Positions 38,080-47,532 of a stretch of 64,000 nt of DNA are shown here, one piece after another. Both the position numbers and the translations under genes were made by a program. The stretch lies in the IMG/VR virus record IMGVR_UViG_3300041411_000080, positions 248,001 through 312,000 of that record. The stretch is one strand, 5' to 3'. The notes under the pieces were generated by a model. It was not told where the DNA came from. It did no database searches and saw only the letters and a list, made by a program, of their open reading frames with translations. Position 1 is the stretch's first letter. Each line of letters opens with the position of its first letter.

Positions 38080-38331
38080 TTAGTGCTGATATTGATAGTG
38101 CATGATACGCGGTTCAGTTTCGGCTTCGAAAGCGTCACCGATGCAATGCCATTCCCAGTCATTGTCACGAGGGTCCATCTCAATCGGGCAACCGCCGCCA
38201 TCACGGAGAGCCTGATCTTGATTGAACCCATGCATGAGTTGTTCACACTTACTTTGAGTTGGGGCACACATGAGAACCATGGTCACCATACCCGAACTTT
38301 GGTCATCACGTTTAGCGAGAAACAATCTCAT
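38080..38331 (-). CDS. hypothetical protein
   Basis: AAGGA RBS, 83 aa. Confidence 0.65.
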   Translation of the reverse strand: MRLFLAKRDDQSSGMVTMVLMCAPTQSKCEQLMHGFNQDQALRDGGGCPIEMDPRDNDWEWHCIGDAFEAETEPRIMHYQYQH

Positions 38332-38341
38332 TATTGAATCC

Positions 38342-38548
38342 TTAGTTATTATGATCGAGTGCAGCCAGAACCATCTGACGACCTACGTGTGCACCGGCTT
38401 GATACATGCCATCACACCATGCCTTGTCAAACGGATTAGTAATTTTGTGCAGTCCCATGTAATCATAGAACTGTTGACCCCAACGAGTACCGAGCGCCTT
38501 GTCATAGACGAATCGATAGTACGTTGAGGCCGGGACAGTCATCGCCAC
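38342..38548 (-). CDS. hypothetical protein
   Basis: AAGGAG RBS, RWGQQFY motif. Confidence 0.7.
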   Translation of the reverse strand: MAMTVPASTYYRFVYDKALGTRWGQQFYDYMGLHKITNPFDKAWCDGMYQAGAHVGRQMVLAALDHNN

Positions 38549-38558
38549 TTTTAACTCC

Positions 38559-38810
38559 TTAGAAGTAGAAACCTACACGGTTATCGCGGATGGTGACATT
38601 CTTCCAGCCAGCCAGAATGATCATCTCTTTAACCAACTCTACTTCTCTTGAATCGAGGTGAACTACCAGATTAGTAATCACCTCATCACCCTGATCGAAC
38701 TCAAGGTCCGTCAGACGGGTAAGGCGAATCGACCGATTGATCTCTTCGAGTGCAGTCTTGCAATCGGCGGTCAACAGTTGTTCCAGTTTCTGGTTACGTT
38801 GAATAAGCAT
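38559..38810 (-). CDS. hypothetical protein
   Basis: coupled ORF. Confidence 0.7.
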   Translation of the reverse strand: MLIQRNQKLEQLLTADCKTALEEINRSIRLTRLTDLEFDQGDEVITNLVVHLDSREVELVKEMIILAGWKNVTIRDNRVGFYF

Positions 38811-39022
38811 TAGCGGATAGCCTCGTATTGAGTGATAGCTTTGTGACCGTGACGTTTTACTTTGCGTTCGAGTTCATGGCTAGAACAGCCCACGACCCAG
38901 AACTCACCGTCACGACAGTCGTCCATATTTACGTTGAAGCCTTGTTGCATCAACTGAGTGATGGTGCAACCCAGTAGTTTAACGCGCCAGCTAAAGTTCA
39001 TGTTCCTACTCCTTATTTGCAA
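38810..39022 (-). CDS. hypothetical protein
   Basis: coupled ORF; true start probably MNFSW. Confidence 0.65.
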   Translation of the reverse strand: MQIRSRNMNFSWRVKLLGCTITQLMQQGFNVNMDDCRDGEFWVVGCSSHELERKVKRHGHKAITQYEAIR

Positions 39023-39201
39023 TATTTTTGATAGAGGGTGTCAACTTCACGAGCGTACCACTCATGAACGATTTCTCGCTCACGAGTCATCAGCCCACGC
39101 CGGTTATTTACCCAGCGTTCTTGCGACACCTTTCTAAGACGACGTTCATACTCGCGGCGAAGCCAGTAGCTTAGCCAAGCGTACTGCAACTCTTTCCACA
39201 T
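39013..39201 (-). CDS. hypothetical protein
   Basis: AAGGAG RBS. Confidence 0.65.
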   Translation of the reverse strand: MWKELQYAWLSYWLRREYERRLRKVSQERWVNNRRGLMTREREIVHEWYAREVDTLYQKYCK

Positions 39202-39458
39202 TTCTTTTTCTCCTTGAGCGAATCACGATAAGCTTTTTGATGATCACGAATGTTCATGCAAACCATGCCCAACGCCACGATGATGATACCCGGAGACAAT
39301 ACGGCTCCGAGCAAGGCGTACTCCAGCTCAATACCCACGAGGTCACCCCGGATAATGGGAGTGACTTTGAACAGCAGGGTATTGAGGTTGAGGAGGCTGG
39401 CCAACATACAGAAGGCGAAACCCGCGGTAAACCAAGCTTCTTTCCAAGACGTTTTCAT
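39171..39458 (-). CDS. two-TM membrane protein
   Basis: two hydrophobic helices, basic C-terminal tail. Confidence 0.7.
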   Translation of the reverse strand: MKTSWKEAWFTAGFAFCMLASLLNLNTLLFKVTPIIRGDLVGIELEYALLGAVLSPGIIIVALGMVCMNIRDHQKAYRDSLKEKKKCGKSCSTLG

Positions 39459-39463
39459 GTAAC

Positions 39464-40261
39464 TTAACCCTTCGCTGCGGTCATCGATACATCGAAGGCT
39501 TTACTGGCCTCTTCGTTCGATTTATAACCATCGTTGACCATCTGGTTGAACTCGACGTCAGTCAAGTCATCGTTATGTTTAATACGTTCACGAATGGTCT
39601 CCATGGATTCCTCGTGAACTACCATACCGTCTTTGAAGACAGTCTTGAGTCCAGACGTATCGCAATTCACACCAACCCCAGATGCCTTAACGGCGTGTAA
39701 ACTGTGGTCCAGCGTATAATCACGATAGCCCTCACTCATGAACGACTGGAGTTCTTCAACAGCAGTGGGTACATCAACTTCAGTCACTGGTTCCTTTGCC
39801 ATTGCTTCACGCAGGTAGTCAGCGAGGGTTTTATCAGCGGCAACATCAGCGCACACGGACTGTGCATCGTCCATTGCATGGTTATCACCATTCGCCTGAT
39901 CAGCGACCATCTGGTTCCAACGTTCCCCTTCAAGATCATGATCTTCGAAAGGGATTTCGTCAGCACGCCGACGACCTTCTTCAGCGATCATTGCGATGTC
40001 CCAGGAGTCCATCAGGTCTTCTTCCAGATCACGATCGAACACATCCATAACGCGATGTCCCGTTACTGTCCAATCTTGATACTCTGTATCGGAATACCAC
40101 GATTCACGGAAAGGCGCATGTGCAATCACGCAATAGTTGATCGTGTCATCTTCTTCGATTACACGGTAGGTACCTTCGGCCGAACGAGTCTTACTCTGGT
40201 AGAACTCCAGGTAATTCAGTTCAGCGATGAAGTTAGACAGCGGAAGCTTTTTGTTAGTCAT
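39464..40261 (-). CDS. acidic hypothetical protein
   Basis: 265 aa, GAGGA RBS. Confidence 0.8.
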   Translation of the reverse strand: MTNKKLPLSNFIAELNYLEFYQSKTRSAEGTYRVIEEDDTINYCVIAHAPFRESWYSDTEYQDWTVTGHRVMDVFDRDLEEDLMDSWDIAMIAEEGRRRADEIPFEDHDLEGERWNQMVADQANGDNHAMDDAQSVCADVAADKTLADYLREAMAKEPVTEVDVPTAVEELQSFMSEGYRDYTLDHSLHAVKASGVGVNCDTSGLKTVFKDGMVVHEESMETIRERIKHNDDLTDVEFNQMVNDGYKSNEEASKAFDVSMTAAKG

Positions 40262-40288
40262 TTTAAGATCCTCTAATTAACGCGGGGG

Positions 40289-40528
40289 TTATTGGAATTT
40301 GATGCACTCTACAGTGCGTTCAACGTTTGCAGTGTTAACCTTCTTGGTACTCACCGTAGCGCCACCAGCAACAACTGGATTGCTGAGGGACATTACAGTT
40401 TTAGCCCGATCACACTCAATGTGTGATTGTGGGCCTTCGAACCAGATATGCATCTGATCCACATTGACAACCGAACCCCCGTTAACAGGCGCGCCAGCTA
40501 ACAGGGTAGAGATCAACAAAGCTTTCAT
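40289..40528 (-). CDS. small exported-type protein, two Cys
   Basis: MKALLISTLL signal-like start; C...C pair. Confidence 0.65.
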   Translation of the reverse strand: MKALLISTLLAGAPVNGGSVVNVDQMHIWFEGPQSHIECDRAKTVMSLSNPVVAGGATVSTKKVNTANVERTVECIKFQ

Positions 40529-41232
40529 CGGGCTTTACCTACAGATGTGCTGAGTTTGATTACATGTTTCTCGACATTACTGTGCATGTCGACTTCTGAG
40601 ATCTCCCAGAATTCCAGCGATTGAGCTTTAGGGTAAACCTTAACGCCCCAACGACTATTGTTGTTGTCTTTCACGGTGGTGCGATAAACATCTTCGCCCA
40701 TCTTTTCAAACAACTTCGAACTACCCAGTTCAACCACCATTGCGATTGCGTCCTGAAGCACAGAGTTAACACCCTGTTCAATCTCGGTAGCAATGCCTCG
40801 CTTATCCTGATTAATCCGCGTAACCAGTTTGTTGATGTTGTTGAGGTCACTCCCTTCCTTATTACGGCCAGTTACTGGATTCTCTTGGAACCAAGTATAG
40901 GCCTGATGCAAACTACGAAGATCACCGACCATAACACCATGTTGCCGGATGAAGTTATGTTCTGTCATCAGGGTCAACATCGGGCGAACTTCGATCTTGC
41001 CGGGCAACTCGATGATAGGACCGAGGGTATCAGTATTCACATCGTGATACTGAGAGAAATTAGCCCAGTCTTCCTGACCCAGTGTTACATCGACATCACC
41101 GGTACTGGTGTTGAGACCATGTACTACCATGGCGGTACCGAAGGTGAGGAACCAACGGTCTACAGGAATACCATAGACGGTTGCCAACGATTCAATGATG
41201 TTACGGACTTTAGGGCGGTTGTAATGTTGCAT
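40525..41232 (-). CDS. putative nucleotidyltransferase (Pol-beta superfamily)
   Basis: FGTAMVVHG...TGDVDV = hG[GST]-x(n)-DhD signature. Confidence 0.6.
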   Translation of the reverse strand: MQHYNRPKVRNIIESLATVYGIPVDRWFLTFGTAMVVHGLNTSTGDVDVTLGQEDWANFSQYHDVNTDTLGPIIELPGKIEVRPMLTLMTEHNFIRQHGVMVGDLRSLHQAYTWFQENPVTGRNKEGSDLNNINKLVTRINQDKRGIATEIEQGVNSVLQDAIAMVVELGSSKLFEKMGEDVYRTTVKDNNNSRWGVKVYPKAQSLEFWEISEVDMHSNVEKHVIKLSTSVGKAR

Positions 41233-41241
41233 GATAAAACC

Positions 41242-41637
41242 TTATTCGGTAGGGTAGACGATTTTGTTGCCTTCGGAATCGTAGGTACAGAGCAGTTCAG
41301 AAACCACGGTGAGCATGTCTGCCAACAATGGTGCTGTTACCAGGTGTTCGTTGTACTGGATGGTAAGACGATCAACAAAGTTATCTTGTGTTCCATCGTA
41401 ACATTTATTGCGACCGAATTTCACCATCCAGCTGAAAGGACCTTTGTATTCAATGGTCCAATCACCCTCAGATTTACTGATCACAAAAAATCCGTTAGGT
41501 AGAGGAATTTCTTTACCCACGAGCTTTTCGAGACAGTCGGTGTAACCGTCATCAAACAGACGGCTAAATACTGCCCGGTGGATGTCGTTCAGAATCCATT
41601 GTTTCTTACGGCTAATTGCTTCAGCTTTGGTATTCAT
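41242..41637 (-). CDS. hypothetical protein
   Basis: start MNTKA with AAGGAG RBS. Confidence 0.7.
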   Translation of the reverse strand: MNTKAEAISRKKQWILNDIHRAVFSRLFDDGYTDCLEKLVGKEIPLPNGFFVISKSEGDWTIEYKGPFSWMVKFGRNKCYDGTQDNFVDRLTIQYNEHLVTAPLLADMLTVVSELLCTYDSEGNKIVYPTE

Positions 41638-41647
41638 AGTTAACTCC

Positions 41648-42253
41648 TTAGTTTTTAATGTAGACCCACCAGGTGTCCCAGATACCGTGCCAACGGATAT
41701 GGTCAGCATGGAAGAGTTTATCCACCGCAGAAACACGACGGAAGTGTGTATCCAGGTATTCATGGAACTTGTCGCAACCAGTGCAACCGCCGTCCCCTTC
41801 ACCCTGATAGATCAGACGTTGACCAGAAACCATTTTACGAGCAACTCGGTATGCGAGGTTCTCGTTATAGTTAGGCCACGTCATTACGATACAGTCAGCT
41901 TTCTTAAGGTTAACGTTAAAGCAACCTTTACGAGTGAACCCGTAGTTAGGACGCTTAGTACGTGCCCAATGAGAACGGCATGGATCGTAAGCGCGATAGT
42001 TGCGACCCAACCCGGAAGCTTCACGGAGATGGGAGGCGATATAACCCGTGCCAGCGAATACTTCAATGACGGTATTGAACTGCTGTAGGAATCGACCAAT
42101 ACGTTTAGCTGTTTCCTCAGTGAGGATACACCACGCGTGTTCTTGAACATGATCCCTTCGGGCCGTCCAAGAACATTCCCAATCCCTTTCTTTAAAGCGT
42201 CTTTCCCATACTGCTTTTGACTCTAGTGCTGGAGCGATATTACCCAAACGCAT
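41648..42253 (-). CDS. class I SAM-dependent methyltransferase
   Basis: VIEVFAGTGY motif I, AYD motif II, MTWP, IYQGE...GCTG. Confidence 0.75.
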   Translation of the reverse strand: MRLGNIAPALESKAVWERRFKERDWECSWTARRDHVQEHAWCILTEETAKRIGRFLQQFNTVIEVFAGTGYIASHLREASGLGRNYRAYDPCRSHWARTKRPNYGFTRKGCFNVNLKKADCIVMTWPNYNENLAYRVARKMVSGQRLIYQGEGDGGCTGCDKFHEYLDTHFRRVSAVDKLFHADHIRWHGIWDTWWVYIKN

Positions 42254-42270
42254 ACTAAATTCCCTATTAC

Positions 42271-42390
42271 TTATTCAGAAGCCCAGCTGAGAAAATTCCA
42301 TACGCATACAACAACGACTACTGCTAGGACTACACCGCATACCACTTCAGTAGTTGATTGTTCGCGACCAAGTTCTTCATTGTAGTACAT
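42271..42390 (-). CDS. 39-aa single-TM early peptide (MYYNEELGRE...), not in ORF track
   Basis: AAGGA RBS, first ORF after early promoter, Val-rich TM. Confidence 0.6.
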   Translation of the reverse strand: MYYNEELGREQSTTEVVCGVVLAVVVVVCVWNFLSWASE

Positions 42391-42424
42391 TTTAAATTCC
42401 TTTAAAGAGATTAGATTCATGTAA

Positions 42425-42452
42425 GTAATATAGGCTTATATTAGCTTCTAAT
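42425..42452 (-). promoter_or_regulatory. early promoter
   Basis: ATTAGAA-N13-TATATTAC. Confidence 0.8.
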
Positions 42453-42497
42453 ACTTACCCTATGAGACTATACTTCAATAACCATAGGTAATTTTCA

Positions 42498-44693
42498 ATG
42501 GATATGCTGCTTTTTGCTTCTGACTGGGACAGGTTCCATACCGCCCGAGCAGACTTTAATACGAAGAACACAACCTTCTTAAAACTCGCTCACTTGTATC
42601 GTGACGAACTTAAGATTAAGAATTGGAAGTTCCATCTGGCTCTGATGCAACCTGAACTATCGGGTGTCGATCCTTATGATGAGACCTTAGATATCACAAC
42701 GAAAGCTAAGATTGCTTTTGAATGTAAATGGAACCCATGGTATTACTTCCGTGAGGTATCCCGTATTCCCCAAGTCGGTTCGGTACCATCCCCGTTCTTG
42801 GCTAACCGTGGTAACATCGCGTTGTACTGGAGTTTCTTTAACCACATTAACTTCGGTCTACTGCAACCACGTCAAACTGGTAAGTCTGTATCAACGGACG
42901 TTCTGATGGTTGGCCTGATGTTCATCTGGGGCTTCAAGACAACTATTAACTTGATCACTAAAGACTCGAAACTGCGAGACGCCAACATTGAGCGACTCAA
43001 GGAGATGAGGGAACTCTTACCTGACTATATCGACATGGTTGACCGTAACGATGCGGACAACTCTGAGATGATGACTTGCACTCGTTTGGGTAACCGTTAT
43101 AAAACTTCGGTAGCTCGTAACGATAAGATCGCTGCGGATAAACTCGGTCGTGGTTTGACCGTACCTATCATGCAGTTCGACGAATTTGCATACATCAGTC
43201 GTATTGAGACTTCCCTGCCGGTAGCACTAGCTGCCGGATCTGCTGCCCGTGATAACGCCCGTAAAGCTAAACAGTTCTTCGGTAACATCTTCACTACAAC
43301 TGCTGGTGACATTACTACCCGAGATGGTAAGTACGCGCACGGCTTCATGACAGGTGGAGCTATCTGGTCTGAGACTTACTTTGACCTTCCTACTCAAGCT
43401 GCGGTTGAACTCGTGGTAGAGAAAGGGACTACAGGTAAGACGCCTCTGATCTACGGTGCATTTAACCACCGTCAGCTGGGCCGTGACGATCTATGGTTGT
43501 TCCGTACGCTGCGTGAATCTAGTTCCTTTGGTGAGATTGCTGACCGAGACTTCTTTAATATCTGGACTGTGGGTGGTGAAGGTTCTCCTCTGACACTTGA
43601 ACAGAAGAAGATCCTTAAAGAAGGTATGCGTGAGCCTAAGCACATCGAACAAAACGATGATGGTTACATCATGCGTTGGTACATCCCACAAAACGAGATC
43701 GCTTCTCGTATGGCTAACTGCCGTGTGGTAATGGGTTGTGACCCTAGTGAACTCCTCGGCGAAGATAACGACGCCACAGGTCTAGTAGGTATCGATACTG
43801 AAACTCACGAGATTCTGTTTGCTGGTCGTTATAATGAAACCAACGTAGCTACTCTGGCTAACTACATTGCTGACATCATTCTCAAGTATCCGGGTGTAAC
43901 ATGGGTACCAGAACGTAAGTCTACCGGTATTAGCTTGATCGACATCGTGATCCTGATTCTGCACTCAAGAGGCATCGACCCATTTCGTCGTATCTTCAAC
44001 CGTGTAGTCGACGAAGCACAACTCATGGAATCGGAATACGAAACTATCCGGGCAACTCCGGTTACTCAACGTACTCCACAGTTCTACGATCGATTCAAAC
44101 GTCACTTCGGATTCAACACCGCAGGTAGTGGTCGTTACTCGCGTAATGCTCTCTACAAAGATTCGCTGGGTAGTTCCGTGGATCTTGGTGGTCGGACTAT
44201 GAACGACAAACAACTCATTACTGAGATGCTCGCCCTTACGATTAAGAACGGTCGTATTGACCACAACAACGACGCACACGACGACATGTGTGTATCGATG
44301 CTGTTGGCTCACTGGGTATGTATCCGTGGTGAGAACTTGGACTTCTACGGTATCAACTCTAAGACGATCTTCTCTCGGGCTACTACACGAGATGTTGAGC
44401 AGACTAACGTTGAGATCTATCGTGACTCGCAATCACGTAAGTATAAAGAAGAGTTCGATATGCTGGTCGAGAAGCTTAAAGGTGAATCCAACAAAATGGT
44501 TATCACCAAACTCGAAATGCGTATCCGTGCTATTTCTCGTTGGATTGATGTGTCTGATGCTGGCGGCGTTGGTATCGATGCCTTGATTCGACAGGTCCAT
44601 GATGAACGTGTTCGTAAGGTTCGTTCTAACCGCTTCGGTGACGTAGTGCGTGAACAGAACCAACGCTTCCGTGGTAACGCTGTAATGATGTAA
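42498..44693 (+). CDS. terL: terminase large subunit (phiKZ gp25-like)
   Basis: Walker A PRQTGKS, Walker B IMQFDE, TTT coupling motif, nuclease GCDPSE and HDD. Confidence 0.92.
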   Translation: MDMLLFASDWDRFHTARADFNTKNTTFLKLAHLYRDELKIKNWKFHLALMQPELSGVDPYDETLDITTKAKIAFECKWNPWYYFREVSRIPQVGSVPSPFLANRGNIALYWSFFNHINFGLLQPRQTGKSVSTDVLMVGLMFIWGFKTTINLITKDSKLRDANIERLKEMRELLPDYIDMVDRNDADNSEMMTCTRLGNRYKTSVARNDKIAADKLGRGLTVPIMQFDEFAYISRIETSLPVALAAGSAARDNARKAKQFFGNIFTTTAGDITTRDGKYAHGFMTGGAIWSETYFDLPTQAAVELVVEKGTTGKTPLIYGAFNHRQLGRDDLWLFRTLRESSSFGEIADRDFFNIWTVGGEGSPLTLEQKKILKEGMREPKHIEQNDDGYIMRWYIPQNEIASRMANCRVVMGCDPSELLGEDNDATGLVGIDTETHEILFAGRYNETNVATLANYIADIILKYPGVTWVPERKSTGISLIDIVILILHSRGIDPFRRIFNRVVDEAQLMESEYETIRATPVTQRTPQFYDRFKRHFGFNTAGSGRYSRNALYKDSLGSSVDLGGRTMNDKQLITEMLALTIKNGRIDHNNDAHDDMCVSMLLAHWVCIRGENLDFYGINSKTIFSRATTRDVEQTNVEIYRDSQSRKYKEEFDMLVEKLKGESNKMVITKLEMRIRAISRWIDVSDAGGVGIDALIRQVHDERVRKVRSNRFGDVVREQNQRFRGNAVMM

Positions 44694-44703
44694 AAAAGAA
44701 ACA

Positions 44704-44741
44704 GCATAAAGCCCCTGCGATTAAGCAGGGGCGATATGTCG
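44704..44741. terminator. bidirectional hairpin terminator
   Basis: GCATAAAGCCCCTGC-GATTAA-GCAGGGGC-GATATGTCG. Confidence 0.8.
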
Positions 44742-45197
44742 TTAAAGGTTGTACTCTCGGGTGAGGAGATCTTTGATCGCAGCAGGAGAGGGCTTTGTAG
44801 GCTGTTTGACCAGACGGTACAGAGTAACTCCAATCTCAATAGCTTTACGACGTGCAGGATTAACCCCAGCAACTTTCATTGACTCAAAGAAGATCTCATC
44901 GACCTCTTTACGATTCAACTTCCGTTTGGTAGTTTCCCAAGTCTCACAAAGCTTATCGTGAACGACAGCACATTGACCATGTTTACCCCAGACTGGAATC
45001 AACCACTGTAGGAACTTAGGTACACTAGCACCATCTGACAGATAACCTCTTGGGATGATAACCTTTTCAGTGTGGTCGTTATCCAAGTAATATTCAAACC
45101 CCGGATCAACCCACTTATAGTCACCACCTAAAATCTTAGAGGCTTCGTCAGCGTCGTGTGTTTGGAGTTCCCCTGAGAACCGCGTGAATGAAGACAT
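44742..45197 (-). CDS. DUF1353-family protein
   Basis: IP.GY.SDGASVP...AVVHD.L...R...D..F.E.M signature. Confidence 0.8.
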   Translation of the reverse strand: MSSFTRFSGELQTHDADEASKILGGDYKWVDPGFEYYLDNDHTEKVIIPRGYLSDGASVPKFLQWLIPVWGKHGQCAVVHDKLCETWETTKRKLNRKEVDEIFFESMKVAGVNPARRKAIEIGVTLYRLVKQPTKPSPAAIKDLLTREYNL

Positions 45198-45247
45198 GAT
45201 GCATTCCTTAGTTGGTTAGATACGAGAGAGCCTAAGCCCTCAACATA

Positions 45248-45811
45248 TCATTTCCGCTTAAGGTGGAAGAACTCAAACAGTTCATTACCAGTTTCACCAT
45301 CAAGACACGGCCAAGACTCCTTGACTTCCCAAGGAGGAATTACGGTATCGTGATGAGTGTAGGTCTCGAAGTTATAATCGAAATAAACCTTTTGATCTTC
45401 TGGGGTTGTGTTGTTATCACTAAGAGTACACCAGTTCATCTCGGACAGGTATACTTCATCTACGATCTTAACAGCTTCTTCGTAGATAGCCTTACCACCA
45501 ATGAAGATCAGCTCTTCAACCCCGTGTAGCTTACACCATTCTACTGCATCTGTAATGCTGGGTGAAACACAAGCTACACCATCCATACACTCAGTAGCGA
45601 GGTTTTGAGGGTTAGCCGTGATAACGATGTTCATCCGATTAGGGAGCGGTTTCTTAGGAAGAGATTCCCAAGTCTTCCGGCCCATTGCTATCGCCTTACC
45701 TTTAGTGATATCTTTGAAGTTGACCAGATCAGCTGGACACTTCCATGGGAGTTCATTGTTAATCCCAATGACGTTATCCATAGAACGAGCCAAGATCATA
45801 CTAAGCTTCAT
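45248..45811 (-). CDS. folA: dihydrofolate reductase
   Basis: VIG..NELPW..PADL..FK, MGRKTWESLP.KPLPNR.NIVIT, IGG. Confidence 0.95.
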   Translation of the reverse strand: MKLSMILARSMDNVIGINNELPWKCPADLVNFKDITKGKAIAMGRKTWESLPKKPLPNRMNIVITANPQNLATECMDGVACVSPSITDAVEWCKLHGVEELIFIGGKAIYEEAVKIVDEVYLSEMNWCTLSDNNTTPEDQKVYFDYNFETYTHHDTVIPPWEVKESWPCLDGETGNELFEFFHLKRK

Positions 45812-46355
45812 TCGATGCACCCTCATGGCTGTGCAGGGTGTAGCCAGTAGGACTATAGGTGAAGGTGTAGGACATATCGAACGTACCAGCTACGTCTTTG
45901 AACTCTGGACGCTGACCAGAGATAACTCGACTCAAGCTGAACTGCTGAATGAAATCGAACCCACCCAATGCAAAGGTGAACTCCTTATCCACACTACCCT
46001 CACGACGCAGAACGCCTTCTAGACGTACTGTACGAGCTTGGTGAAGTACGCTGATGCTGTACTCGATAACAGCCCAACCATCCAGACCCATAGTTACCAG
46101 ATCATCGATCCCATAAGCAGTTACGAGGTATTGGAGTGGAGTGATGTGAGGAGTTTCACGTTTGAGGTCAAGGATATTAACCAGACCATCCATCTGCTCA
46201 AAGGTAACGTCATGGATAACACCTTCTTCAGTCACCACTTTAAACGAACGTCTCAGCAACGTCTCGTTAGGGTTCTCAGAAGGGATCAGCAGATCACGGG
46301 CGATGTCATTCAGGATCTCAGAGTCGGCTACAACTGGTTTGGTAATCAGGGTCAT
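45801..46355 (-). CDS. probable phage-nucleus-associated protein ChmB (gp2-like)
   Basis: 184 aa directly upstream of DHFR, matching the recalled position and size of gp2/ChmB; not confirmed by alignment. Confidence 0.5.
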   Translation of the reverse strand: MTLITKPVVADSEILNDIARDLLIPSENPNETLLRRSFKVVTEEGVIHDVTFEQMDGLVNILDLKRETPHITPLQYLVTAYGIDDLVTMGLDGWAVIEYSISVLHQARTVRLEGVLRREGSVDKEFTFALGGFDFIQQFSLSRVISGQRPEFKDVAGTFDMSYTFTYSPTGYTLHSHEGASNEA

Positions 46356-46714
46356 GCGATGGGTTCCTTGTATGGGCCATAAAAGAATTCGAAGAGTTGT
46401 TGCTTATACACACTATACCCGAGGATACGTCCATTCTCACGGTAGTGAGTTACAATGTAATCTCCCGGACATACTTCACGGTCAGTGTCAGTTGGATGGT
46501 AGTAAACTGTACTGTTAATCATCCCATGCTCACCCATGTGTTTACTACAGATGGGACATACCAGCAGTGAGTCACTATGCGGTTTAAAGGTAGGATGACG
46601 CTGTACTATGCGTCCTGTGTTGATACGGTTGATTGTACGGTCTTCTGGATGGTCTCCATTACGGAACCATTGGTTAGCTTCCATTACTGGAAGTAAAGCG
46701 GAATAAAGAGCCAC
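46352..46714 (-). CDS. hypothetical protein with CxxC...HG motif
   Basis: QWFRNGDHP, CPICSKHMGEHG, VCPGDYI. Confidence 0.75.
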   Translation of the reverse strand: MALYSALLPVMEANQWFRNGDHPEDRTINRINTGRIVQRHPTFKPHSDSLLVCPICSKHMGEHGMINSTVYYHPTDTDREVCPGDYIVTHYRENGRILGYSVYKQQLFEFFYGPYKEPIA

Positions 46715-46768
46715 CTAGCGATACTCCAAAAATATCATTACATAAACTTAGTACAGCTGGGTATTCTG

Positions 46769-47362
46769 TTATTTCATTGGAGAGTAACTATCGAACGTTA
46801 CAACCGTCTTACTCGCAATGTTATCGCCTGAACCATGATGTTCTTGAATCACAGTACCAGCACCGAAGACTTGGTCATGAACAGCTTGCTGAAGATTAGT
46901 ACGAATACCATCTTTAATAATATCCATCATCTCACCAGCTAACTTCTTAGCCGCCTGTTCACATTCAGCCAGCTCCTTAGCGTAGTCCTTAGTGAAGATC
47001 TCTTGGATCATATCAGGCATGTGATCCATATTGCCCTCAAGATCCAACCAGCTCACGATAGGGGCTTTAGTCTCATCATCCCACTTAACCCCCAGACCCA
47101 TCACTTGGAAGAGCTTGGCTGCAAGTGTATAGCGTTCAACAGTTTCAGGAGGCGTCTTACGAAGACTATCCATGATCATGTCGTACATGAGCATCGTTTG
47201 ACCACTATTGCGGGGATAAACGTTACCGAGATGAAACGACTGGAGTGAACCACCGTTCAGACGTTCATCGGTTATGAACTTACCTGAAGGAATATCGAGC
47301 AATGCTCCAGCATTGAATTTAGGAGCTAGATGCTTTACGTGTTTCGCCAATTCTTTATTCAT
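46769..47362 (-). CDS. hypothetical protein resembling a degenerate UvsX/RecA fragment
   Basis: FNAGALLDIPSG..LNGG, WLDLEGN, FDSYS; GGAG RBS after early promoter. Confidence 0.7.
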   Translation of the reverse strand: MNKELAKHVKHLAPKFNAGALLDIPSGKFITDERLNGGSLQSFHLGNVYPRNSGQTMLMYDMIMDSLRKTPPETVERYTLAAKLFQVMGLGVKWDDETKAPIVSWLDLEGNMDHMPDMIQEIFTKDYAKELAECEQAAKKLAGEMMDIIKDGIRTNLQQAVHDQVFGAGTVIQEHHGSGDNIASKTVVTFDSYSPMK

Positions 47363-47399
47363 GATAACTCCAAAGTCATATTAAGGGAACTACACCAGT

Positions 47400-47427
47400 G
47401 TAATATAAATCTCAAATAAAATCTGCT
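47400..47427 (-). promoter_or_regulatory. early promoter
   Basis: TATATTAC core with AT-rich upstream. Confidence 0.7.
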
Positions 47428-47532
47428 AAACCTTATGCAAGAGGAAAGGATTCTAAAATATACTGACTGTTCAAAGACTATGTTAGAATCTATTTCAATC
47501 AAAACCATCAACACTAAAACTGGAAGTAAGAA

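Noticed and set aside
39625-39650. LKTVFKD shared between the 39464 protein and the 880-aa baseplate-like protein
   Set aside because: A single 7-residue match of common amino acids with no flanking similarity is plausible by chance.
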